The translations under genes were made by a program, and so were the position numbers. Shown here in pieces: positions 16,174 to 23,762 of a DNA stretch of 25,663 nt (position 1 is its first letter; each line of letters begins with the position of its first letter). Source of the DNA: Gaiellaceae bacterium (GTDB taxonomy: Bacteria > Actinomycetota > Thermoleophilia > Gaiellales > Gaiellaceae). The DNA lies in assembly GCA_036498225.1 (NCBI GenBank), contig DASYFU010000175.1, forward strand, positions 1 through 25,663. Direction: 5' to 3'. The notes beneath the pieces were generated by a model. The model searched no databases and had not been told where the DNA came from. It saw only the letters and a list, made by a program, of their open reading frames with translations.

Positions 16174-16842
16174 CGCGCGACCGACGACGGCGCCCTCGAG
16201 GCCGAGCCCGGCGAGCGCACCCAGGTCCCCCTTGCTGCGGACGCCGCCGGCCGCCAGGACGGGGCCTCCGAAGCGGCGCGCGACACGCCCCATCAGCACG
16301 AGGTCGGGACCGGCGAGCGTCCCGTCCCGGTCGATCGCCGTGCAGAGGAGCCGCGCGACGCCCGCGGCGACGCACCGGTCGACCGCGTCGTCGACGGAGA
16401 GCCCGCTGCCGTGCTCCCAGCCGCGGACGCGCACCTCGCCGTCGCGGACGTCGACGGCGACGACGAGCCGGTCGCCGAGCGCGTCGACGTACGCCTCCGG
16501 GCCTTGCTCGAACGCGGCCGTCCCCACGATGACGCGCGCAGCCCCGGCGCCGAGGAGCGCGTACGCGTCGGCCGGGCTGCGCACGCCGCCGCCGAGCTGG
16601 AGCGGAACAGGGTCGATCGCGGCTGCGAGGCTGCGCGTCAGCTCGATCGGGGCGCCGCCGTCCCGAGCGGCATGGAGGACGACGACGTGGAGCAGGGGAG
16701 GGCGCGCCCGGGCAAAGCGCCGTGCGAGCTCCACGGGATCGCCGGCTTCACGCGCAACCGCGTCGAAGTCGCCCTTCTCGAGCCTGACGGCCCGGCCGTC
16801 GAGGACGTCCACGGCGGGTATGAGTTGAAAGCCTTGCTGCAC
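16141..16842 (-). CDS. hisA: ProFAR isomerase HisA
   Basis: LIPAVDVLDGRAVRLEKG, LQLGGGVR, RVIVGTAA, VAVD, TAIDRDGTLAGPD, AAGGV, VVGRAL. Confidence 0.92.
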   Translation of the reverse strand: MQQGFQLIPAVDVLDGRAVRLEKGDFDAVAREAGDPVELARRFARARPPLLHVVVLHAARDGGAPIELTRSLAAAIDPVPLQLGGGVRSPADAYALLGAGAARVIVGTAAFEQGPEAYVDALGDRLVVAVDVRDGEVRVRGWEHGSGLSVDDAVDRCVAAGVARLLCTAIDRDGTLAGPDLVLMGRVARRFGGPVLAAGGVRSKGDLGALAGLGLEGAVVGRALLEQAQLENV

Positions 16843-16862
16843 CGTGTTACCATGCTAACACG
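16843..16862. promoter_or_regulatory. 20-bp palindrome: probable HisR operator overlapping divergent leaderless promoters
   Basis: CGTGTTACCATGCTAACACG, 18/20 self-complementary; fills the whole gap between the two start codons. Confidence 0.8.
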
Positions 16863-17156
16863 ATGGAGCCACGACATTGGCCGACAAAGGAACATCGAGA
16901 CCTCTTCGAGACGGTCGCCTCGCTCCGGACGAAGGAGGAGGCGCAGCGCTTCCTCCGGGATCTCTGCACGCGGGCGGAGCTGGACGCGATGGCGCACCGC
17001 TGGCAGGTGGCGCGGCTCCTGGACGAGGGTCTGCCGTACCTGGAGGTGGCGCGCAAGGCGCACGCCTCGACGACGACGGTGACGCGCGTCGCGCAGTGGC
17101 TGCGCCGCGGCGAGGGCGGGTACCGGCTGGCGCTCCAGCGGCGGCGAAAATCCTGA
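16863..17156 (+). CDS. TrpR-like YerC/YecD family regulator (probable HisR)
   Basis: FLRDLCTRAELDAMAHRWQVARLL...YLEVARKAHASTTTVTRVAQWLRRGEGGY, the YerC/YecD signature; first gene of the his operon. Confidence 0.9.
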   Translation: MEPRHWPTKEHRDLFETVASLRTKEEAQRFLRDLCTRAELDAMAHRWQVARLLDEGLPYLEVARKAHASTTTVTRVAQWLRRGEGGYRLALQRRRKS

Positions 17157-17983
17157 AGATCGCCGTCCCCTCGAAGGGCCGCCTGCGCGATCCCGCGATC
17201 GCGCTCCTCGAGGACGCCGGCCTCGGCCCGGAGACGCCCGGCGACCGCGCGCTCGCGTTCCCGTGCCGGAACGCGCCGGTCGAGGCGCTCCTTGTGCGCG
17301 CGGACGACATCCCGGAGTACGTGCAGGACGGCGTCGTCGACTGTGGCATCACCGGCCTCGACATCGTGCGCGAACGCGGCGCGAACGTCACCGAGCTGCA
17401 GACGCTCGGCTTCGGGGCCTGCACCCTCGAGGTCGCCGTCCAGGAGGAGTCGGACGTCGGCGCGCCGGACCAGCTCGACGGCGCGCGCATCGCGACGAGC
17501 TTCCCCCGCCTCGCCCGCGAGCTCATGCCGGTCTCGATCGAGCTCGTCGACGTGCACGGCTCGGTCGAGCTCGCCCCGCGCCTGGGCCTCGCCGACGCGA
17601 TCGTCGACCTCGTCTCGAGCGGGAGCACCTTGCGCACGAACGGGCTGCGTTCGATCGGCGTGCTGCTCGCCTCGGAGGCCGTTCTCATCGGGCCGCCCGA
17701 GCCGCGGGACGACGCGGTGCAGCTCGCGGGCGTGTTCCGGAGCGTCGTCGACGCGCGCGCGACGCGCTATCTGATGTTGAACGCGCACGAGGATTCGCTG
17801 GAGGCGATCTGCGCGCTCGTGCCCGGCTCGCGCGCGCCGAGCGTGCTGCCGCTGTCGGAGCCGGGGATGGTGGCCGTGCACAGCCTCGTTCCGGCCGCGG
17901 ACATCTGGCGCTTGCTGCCCGAGCTCGAGGCCGCGGGTGCGTCGTCGATTCTTCTCGTCCCCGTCGAGCGCATGCTCGGATGA
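17153..17983 (+). CDS. hisG: ATP phosphoribosyltransferase, long form (start probably CTG 17153; alternative GTG 17096)
   Basis: LKIAVPSKGRL, VRADDIPEYVQDGVVDCGITGLD, GSVELAPRLGLADAIVDLVSSGSTLRTNGL, plus C-terminal regulatory domain. Confidence 0.94.
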   Translation: MKIAVPSKGRLRDPAIALLEDAGLGPETPGDRALAFPCRNAPVEALLVRADDIPEYVQDGVVDCGITGLDIVRERGANVTELQTLGFGACTLEVAVQEESDVGAPDQLDGARIATSFPRLARELMPVSIELVDVHGSVELAPRLGLADAIVDLVSSGSTLRTNGLRSIGVLLASEAVLIGPPEPRDDAVQLAGVFRSVVDARATRYLMLNAHEDSLEAICALVPGSRAPSVLPLSEPGMVAVHSLVPAADIWRLLPELEAAGASSILLVPVERMLG

Positions 17984-18954
17984 CGATCGTCGAAGACGTG
18001 AAGGCGCGCGGCGAGGAGGCCGTGCGCGAATGGGCGCTGCAGCTCGACGGCGTCGAGCCCGCGCGCGCGGAGCCGGACGGCGAGCTGCCCGAGGAAGCCA
18101 TCCTTGCACTCGCCGATCGCGTGCGCCGCTGGCACGAGGCGCAGCGGCCGGCCGACGTGCGGCTCGAGGTCGAGCCGGGCGTGCAGCTCGAACGCCGGTG
18201 GGTGCCGCTCGACTCCGTCGGCGTGTACGTGCCGCGCGGTCTCGTCTCGACGCTCGTCATGTGCGCGGTGCCTGCGCAGGTCGCAGGCGTGCGCCGGATC
18301 GTCGTGTGCACGCCGCCCGACGGCGCGGGCCTCGTCGCCCGCGCCGCGGAGCTGCTCGGGATCGACGAGGTCTGGGCGCTCGGCGGCCCGCAGGCGATCG
18401 GATACCTCGCGTACGTCGCGCGCGTGGACAAGATCGTCGGTCCCGGCGGCCCGTACGTGAACGACGCGAAGCTCGAGGTCGCGCGCGACGTCGCGATCGA
18501 CCTTCCCGCTGGTCCGTCCGAGGTGGTCGTCGTCCTCGGCGCGGGCGGCGACCGCCGGCTCGCGGAGCTCGAGCTCGCCGCGCAGGCCGAGCACGGCCAC
18601 GAGGCGGTCTGCCGCATCGTGGCCACGCTCGAGGAGGCTGAGGCGCTCGCGCCCGAGCATCTTGTGCTCCTCGGCGATGCCGAAGCACTTGCGCCGCGGG
18701 TCCGCAACGCCGGCGCGGTGTTCGTGGGCGAGTGGTCGCCCGTTCCGAGCGGCGATCTCGGAACAGGCGCCAATCACGTTCTCCCCACGGGCGGCTGGGC
18801 GCGCTCGGTCGGCGGCCTCGGCCTCGAGACGTTCATGAAGCCGATCACGATCCAGCGGCTGACGCAGGAGGGGCTCGAGCGCGTGCGGCCGACGGTCGAG
18901 GCGCTCGCCGCCGTCGAGGGACTGCCTGCGCACGCGGCAGCGGTGCGGCGATGA
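17980..18954 (+). CDS. hisD: Histidinol dehydrogenase, shortened (324 aa)
   Basis: VKARG, SVGVYVP, GGPQAI, DKIVGPG, IDLPAGPSEV, QAEHG, APEHL, GD..GANHVLPT, AHAAAV. Confidence 0.92.
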   Translation: MTIVEDVKARGEEAVREWALQLDGVEPARAEPDGELPEEAILALADRVRRWHEAQRPADVRLEVEPGVQLERRWVPLDSVGVYVPRGLVSTLVMCAVPAQVAGVRRIVVCTPPDGAGLVARAAELLGIDEVWALGGPQAIGYLAYVARVDKIVGPGGPYVNDAKLEVARDVAIDLPAGPSEVVVVLGAGGDRRLAELELAAQAEHGHEAVCRIVATLEEAEALAPEHLVLLGDAEALAPRVRNAGAVFVGEWSPVPSGDLGTGANHVLPTGGWARSVGGLGLETFMKPITIQRLTQEGLERVRPTVEALAAVEGLPAHAAAVRR

Positions 18955-20462
18955 GAGCGCTCGGCGCTGGGTTCCAGATGTACGGCTGGGCGCCGTCGAC
19001 GGCGGAGCTCGCGCACCGCGCAGGTCTCGATCCGGTCGAGATCCTGCGCTTCGACGGCAACGTGCCGGCGCTGCCGCTCCCGACGTCACGGCCGGCGGCG
19101 ATCGCATCTGCGCTCGCGCGCGTGAACGAGTATCCGCACGGCGGGTATCCCGACATCCATGAGGCGATCGCCGGGTACGCCGGCGTCGAGCCCGAGAACG
19201 TCGTGCTCGGCGCAGGCGCCGACGACCTGATCATGCTCGTCGCGCGCGCCTACGCGGGCGCGGGGGACACCGTCTCCGTTCCCGAGTCGCCGACGTATCC
19301 GCTCTTCCGCATCGCCGCCCAGCTCGCCGGCGCCGACGTGGGCGACGACGAGCCCGTGTTGACGTTTGCGTGTCGGCCGGCGAACCCGACCGGTGCGCTC
19401 GAGGCGATTCCCTCGGCGCGGCCGCTCGCCGTCGACGAGGCGTACTTCGAGTACGCCGACGACCCAGGTGCGGTCGGCCTGATCGACGACGACGTGGTCG
19501 TCATCCGAACGTTCTCGAAGCTCTTCGCCCTCGCGGGCGCACGCATTGGCTACGCGCTCGCCTCGCGCGAGGTCGCCGCGGAGCTGAACGCACGGCAAGC
19601 TCCTGCGCAGGTTTCGACGCTGTCGGTCGCGCTCGCGCTCGCGGCGCTCGCGTCGCCACCCGATGTCCGGCCGGTGATCGAGGAGCGAGAGCGACTTGCG
19701 ACCGAGCTGCGCACGCTCGGGTACGAGCCCGTCGCCTCCCGCGCGAACTTCGTCTACGTCCCGGTGGACGATCCCGAGTCGGTCGGCGACCGGCTGCTCG
19801 CGGCCGGCTGCGTCGTCCGCGTGTTCGAGAGCGCCGTGCGTATCTCGGTACGCGACCGCGAGGACGACGACGTGCTGCTCGCCGCGCTCGCAGGCGAGCC
19901 GCCGTCGCAGGGGCGTCGGAGTCGTCACGTGCGCTCGACCGTCGAGACGACGCTCCGCGTACGGCTCACGCTGGACGGCGCCAGCCGCGTGCGCGTCGCG
20001 ACAGGCTCAGGGTTGTACGACCACTTCTTCGAGCAGCTCGCATTCCACGCCGGCTTCGACCTCGTGCTCGAGGGCAGCGGCGATCTCGAGACGGGGGACC
20101 ATCACACGGCAGAGGACGCGGCCATCGCGCTCGGCGAGGCGTTCGACCTGGCGCTCGGCGACCGCAAGGGAATCGCGCGCTACGGCGACGCGGTCGTCGT
20201 CATGGACGACGCCCGCGCGAGCGCGGCCGTCGACCTGGGCGGCCGGCGCCACACGAGCATCGTGCTCGAGCACGACCCCGGGCTCGCGAAGCACACGCTC
20301 ACGAGCTTCGCCGACAACGCACGCATCGCACTGCACGTCGAGGCGACCGGCGACGACCCGCATCACGTCGCCGAGGCGGCGTTCAAGGCGACGGGGCGCG
20401 CGCTGCGCGCCGCGATCCGGAGTGAGGGCGACGTGCTCCCGTCGACGAAGGGCGTGATGTGA
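18951..20462 (+). CDS. hisC: Fused histidinol-phosphate aminotransferase / imidazoleglycerol-phosphate dehydratase (HisC-HisB), 503 aa
   Basis: N-terminal DEAY, NPTG and RTFSKLFALAGARIGY (PLP Lys); C-terminal (from about 19914) DHHTAED, HHVAEAAFKA and PSTKG; no stop codon between the domains. Confidence 0.92.
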   Translation: MRALGAGFQMYGWAPSTAELAHRAGLDPVEILRFDGNVPALPLPTSRPAAIASALARVNEYPHGGYPDIHEAIAGYAGVEPENVVLGAGADDLIMLVARAYAGAGDTVSVPESPTYPLFRIAAQLAGADVGDDEPVLTFACRPANPTGALEAIPSARPLAVDEAYFEYADDPGAVGLIDDDVVVIRTFSKLFALAGARIGYALASREVAAELNARQAPAQVSTLSVALALAALASPPDVRPVIEERERLATELRTLGYEPVASRANFVYVPVDDPESVGDRLLAAGCVVRVFESAVRISVRDREDDDVLLAALAGEPPSQGRRSRHVRSTVETTLRVRLTLDGASRVRVATGSGLYDHFFEQLAFHAGFDLVLEGSGDLETGDHHTAEDAAIALGEAFDLALGDRKGIARYGDAVVVMDDARASAAVDLGGRRHTSIVLEHDPGLAKHTLTSFADNARIALHVEATGDDPHHVAEAAFKATGRALRAAIRSEGDVLPSTKGVM

Positions 20463-20992
20463 CGACGGTCGCGATCGCGCGCTACGGCGCCGGCAACGTC
20501 CGCTCGGTCGAGCTCGGCGTGCGCCGGCTCGGCGCTGAGGTGATCGACGACCTCGAGGCCGCCGATCTCGCGGTGCTGCCCGGAGTCGGCTCGGCGCGGT
20601 CGGCGATGGAGGGCCTGGGCGCGTCGGCAGACATCCTCCGCGCACGCCACGAGGATGGGCGAGCGATTCTCGGCATCTGCCTCGGCCTCCAGCTCGCGCT
20701 CGACGAGAGCGAGGAGGACGGCGGCGTCGTGGGGCTCGGGCTCGTGCCAGGCCGCGCGGTGCGCCTCGAGGCCGAACGCGTCCCGCGCATCGGCTGGGCG
20801 CACGTCGAGCCGGGCGGCGAGGCGTACTGGTTCGCGCACTCGTACGAAGCCGTGACCGAGTCGACCGTGGCCACGAGCGAGGGCCACGCCGCCGTCGTCG
20901 AGCACGGCTCGTTCGTCGGCGTGCAGTTCCATCCCGAGAAGAGCGGCGCTGCAGGCAGCCGCTTTCTGGAGCAATGCCTCTCCCGCGTCTGA
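20459..20992 (+). CDS. hisH: IGP synthase glutamine amidotransferase subunit
   Basis: [21 protein letters not shown] (catalytic Cys), PRIGW, FAHSY, QFHPEKS. Confidence 0.95.
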   Translation: MTTVAIARYGAGNVRSVELGVRRLGAEVIDDLEAADLAVLPGVGSARSAMEGLGASADILRARHEDGRAILGICLGLQLALDESEEDGGVVGLGLVPGRAVRLEAERVPRIGWAHVEPGGEAYWFAHSYEAVTESTVATSEGHAAVVEHGSFVGVQFHPEKSGAAGSRFLEQCLSRV

Positions 20993-21708
20993 TCCCGTGC
21001 CTCGACGTCGCCGGCGGGCGCGTCGTCAAGGGCGTGCGCTTCCGTCAGCTGCGCGATGTCGGCGACCCCGTCGAGCTCGGCGCGGCGTACTCCGACGGCG
21101 GCGCGGACGAACTCGTCTTCCTCGACATCTCTGCGACGGTGACGTCGACTGCGGCCGCAGCTGCCGTCGCGGCCCAGGTCGCCGAGCACGTGACCATCCC
21201 GTTCACGTTCGGCGGAGGGATCCGCACGGTCGACGACGCAACGTCGCTGCTCGAGGCGGGCGCCGACAAGATCAGCGTGAACTCGGCGGCGCTCGCACGG
21301 CCAGACTTGATCGAGGAGCTTGCGCGTGCTCTCGGCAGCCAGGCCGTTGTCGTCGCCATCGACACCGAGGGCGGGCGCGTCCGCTCGCATGCGGCGACGC
21401 GCGACGCCGCGCGCGACACCGTCGAATGGGCGAAGGAGTGCGAACAGCGCGGTGCAGGCGAGCTGCTCGTCACGTCGATCGATCGCGACGGCACGCAGGA
21501 CGGGTACGACCTCGAACAGCTCGCCGCGCTGAGCGACGCCGTCTCGCTTCCGGTCATCGCGTCGGGCGGTGCCGGCAGCGCGCACCATGTAGCGGACGCG
21601 CTCGAGGTGTCGCAGGCCGCGCTCCTCGCGTCCATCCTGCACGAGGATCCGGCCCGGCTCGTCTCGCTGCGCACGGAGCTGAAGGAGCTGGGCGTATGCC
21701 TCCGCTGA
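20974..21708 (+). CDS. hisF: IGP synthase cyclase subunit
   Basis: [68 protein letters not shown]. Confidence 0.96.
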   Translation: MPLPRLIPCLDVAGGRVVKGVRFRQLRDVGDPVELGAAYSDGGADELVFLDISATVTSTAAAAAVAAQVAEHVTIPFTFGGGIRTVDDATSLLEAGADKISVNSAALARPDLIEELARALGSQAVVVAIDTEGGRVRSHAATRDAARDTVEWAKECEQRGAGELLVTSIDRDGTQDGYDLEQLAALSDAVSLPVIASGGAGSAHHVADALEVSQAALLASILHEDPARLVSLRTELKELGVCLR

Positions 21709-22238
21709 AGGCCGCGATCGTGCAGGACGCGGACGACGGCCGCGTGCTCATGCTCGCGTGGATGGACGCTGAGGCGGAGCGCCTGACGCGCGAGACCGGC
21801 GAGGCGTGGTTCTGGAGCCGCTCGCGCGAAAAGCTGTGGCGCAAGGGCGAGACGTCCGGGAACGTCCTCCACGTCGAGGAGATCCGCGACGACTGCGACG
21901 GTGACGCGCTTCTCCTGCGTGTGCATCCCGACGGCCCCGCGTGCCACACCGGCTCGCGCTCGTGCTTCGCGCCGGCGCTGTGGCGGACGATCTCCGAGCG
22001 GAAGGCCGAGCGGCCCGACGGCTCGTACGTCGTCTCGCTCCTCGACGCCGGAATCGCGCGCTGCGCGCAGAAGGTGGGGGAGGAGGCGGTCGAGACCGGG
22101 ATCGCCGCCGTTGCCGGCGACCGCGAAGGTCTCGTCGCGGAGGCGGCCGATCTCGTATTCCACCTGTATGTACTGCTGGCGGCTGCGGACGTCGACCTCT
22201 CGGAGGTCGAGGACGAGCTGGCGCGCCGAGCGAAGTAG
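21696..22238 (+). CDS. hisIE: Bifunctional PR-AMP cyclohydrolase / PR-ATP pyrophosphatase
   Basis: [35 protein letters not shown], then KVGEEAVE and EAADLVFH; SD GAAGGAG upstream of ATG 21696. Confidence 0.95.
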   Translation: MPPLKAAIVQDADDGRVLMLAWMDAEAERLTRETGEAWFWSRSREKLWRKGETSGNVLHVEEIRDDCDGDALLLRVHPDGPACHTGSRSCFAPALWRTISERKAERPDGSYVVSLLDAGIARCAQKVGEEAVETGIAAVAGDREGLVAEAADLVFHLYVLLAAADVDLSEVEDELARRAK

Positions 22239-22241
22239 ATT
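22236..22241 (+). promoter_or_regulatory. Putative -10 (TAGATT) for leaderless hutH mRNA
   Basis: TANNNT-N6-GTG; the TAG is the hisIE stop codon. Confidence 0.6.
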
Positions 22242-22247
22242 CTCCGT

Positions 22248-23762
22248 GTGCCTCCGGTCGCGCTCACCGGCGACGACCTGACCGTCGCCGACGTCTGGGA
22301 CGTCGCCGTCGAACGACGGCCCACCGAGCTCACCGATGCCGCGCGCGCCAGGATGCGCGCCGCCCGCGAGGTCGTCGAGCGCGCAGCGCACGGCGCCCGT
22401 GAGCACACGTACGGCGTCAACACGGGCTTCGGCCGCTTCGTCTCGCGCTCGATTCCCGAGGAGCTGACCGAGGAGTTGCAGCTGCGCCTCCTGCGCTCGC
22501 ACGCGTGCGGCGTGGGCGAGCCGTATCCGGACGAGATCGTGCGCGCAGCGATGCTCCTTCGTGCGAACACGCTCGCGAAGGGGAACTCCGGTGCGCGCGT
22601 CGAGACCGTCGAGCTCGTGCTCGCGTGCCTCGACCGCGGCGTCGTTCCGGTCGTGCCTGCGCGCGGAAGCGTCGGGGCATCCGGCGATCTCGCACCGCTC
22701 GCGCATCTCGCGCTTCCGCTCGTCGGCGAGGGCGAGGCGTTTATCGACGGTGAGCGCGTCCCGGGCCTCGAAGCGCTGACCCGCGTCGGGCTCGAGCCCG
22801 TGCAACTCGAGGCAAAGGAAGGGCTGTCGCTCATCAACGGGACGCAGTTCATGGCCGCGTACTGCGCGCTCGGTCTCGTGCGGGCGCGGCGGCTCGCGCA
22901 TGCCGCCGACGTCGCGTGCGCGCAGTCGCTCGAGGCACTGCAGGGATCGCGCACGTCGTTCCTGCCGGAGATCCACGCGCTCCGGCCTCTGCGCGGGCAG
23001 ACGGCGTCCGCCGCGCATGTGCTCGAGTTGCTCGACGGCTCCGCGATCATCGAATCGCACCGCTGGTGTGACAAGGTGCAGGACGCGTACTCGCTCCGTT
23101 GCGCGCCGCAGGTGCATGGCGCGTCGCGCGACCTGCTCGACTACATCGACTACACGATCTCGGTCGAGCTGAACGCCGCGACCGACAATCCGCTCGTCCT
23201 CGTCGAGGAAGACGCGCTCGTCTCGAACGGCAACTTCCACGGCCAGCCGCTCGCATTCGCGCTCGACGTCATGGCGATGGCCGTCGCCGAGCTCGCGTCG
23301 ATCTCGGAGCGTCGTGTCGAGCGCCTCGTGAACCCGAACCTGTCCGACGGCCTGCCCGCGTTCCTCACGAGCGAGGGCGGGCTCAACAGCGGGTTCATGA
23401 TTCCCCAGTACGTGGCCGCATCGCTCGTCTCCGAGAACAAGGTGCTCGCGCATCCGGCGTCGGTGGATTCGATCCCGACGAGCGCCGGGCAGGAGGATCA
23501 CGTGTCGATGGGCAACGCAGCTGGGCTGAAGGTGTGGCAGGTGCTCGCGAACTGCGAGAGCGCGCTCGCCATCGAGCTGCTCGCCGGCGCGCAGGGCGTC
23601 GAGTTCCTCGCGCCGCTCGAGCCCGGAGTCGGCGTGCGCGCTGCGCGTGCGTTCGTCCGGGAGCTCTCGCCGCGACTGAAGGACGACCGCTCTCTCGCTC
23701 CCGACATCGAAGCAGTGGCTGCGGCGATTCGCAACGGCTCGCTCGAGAAGGCCGTCGCGTGA
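22248..23762 (+). CDS. hutH: Histidine ammonia-lyase
   Basis: [32 protein letters not shown] (MIO-forming ASG), [33 protein letters not shown]. Confidence 0.97.
   Translation: MPPVALTGDDLTVADVWDVAVERRPTELTDAARARMRAAREVVERAAHGAREHTYGVNTGFGRFVSRSIPEELTEELQLRLLRSHACGVGEPYPDEIVRAAMLLRANTLAKGNSGARVETVELVLACLDRGVVPVVPARGSVGASGDLAPLAHLALPLVGEGEAFIDGERVPGLEALTRVGLEPVQLEAKEGLSLINGTQFMAAYCALGLVRARRLAHAADVACAQSLEALQGSRTSFLPEIHALRPLRGQTASAAHVLELLDGSAIIESHRWCDKVQDAYSLRCAPQVHGASRDLLDYIDYTISVELNAATDNPLVLVEEDALVSNGNFHGQPLAFALDVMAMAVAELASISERRVERLVNPNLSDGLPAFLTSEGGLNSGFMIPQYVAASLVSENKVLAHPASVDSIPTSAGQEDHVSMGNAAGLKVWQVLANCESALAIELLAGAQGVEFLAPLEPGVGVRAARAFVRELSPRLKDDRSLAPDIEAVAAAIRNGSLEKAVA

Noticed and set aside
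16843-17156. His leader-peptide attenuator, T-box or riboswitch ahead of the his operon
   Set aside because: Only 20 bp of intergenic DNA; no His-codon run or terminator/antiterminator pair.
15260-22260. Additional HisR-type boxes near ftcd or hutH
   Set aside because: I checked by eye the TTA trinucleotides I could find and saw no second TTA-N6-TAA; a PWM scan would be needed to exclude weak sites.
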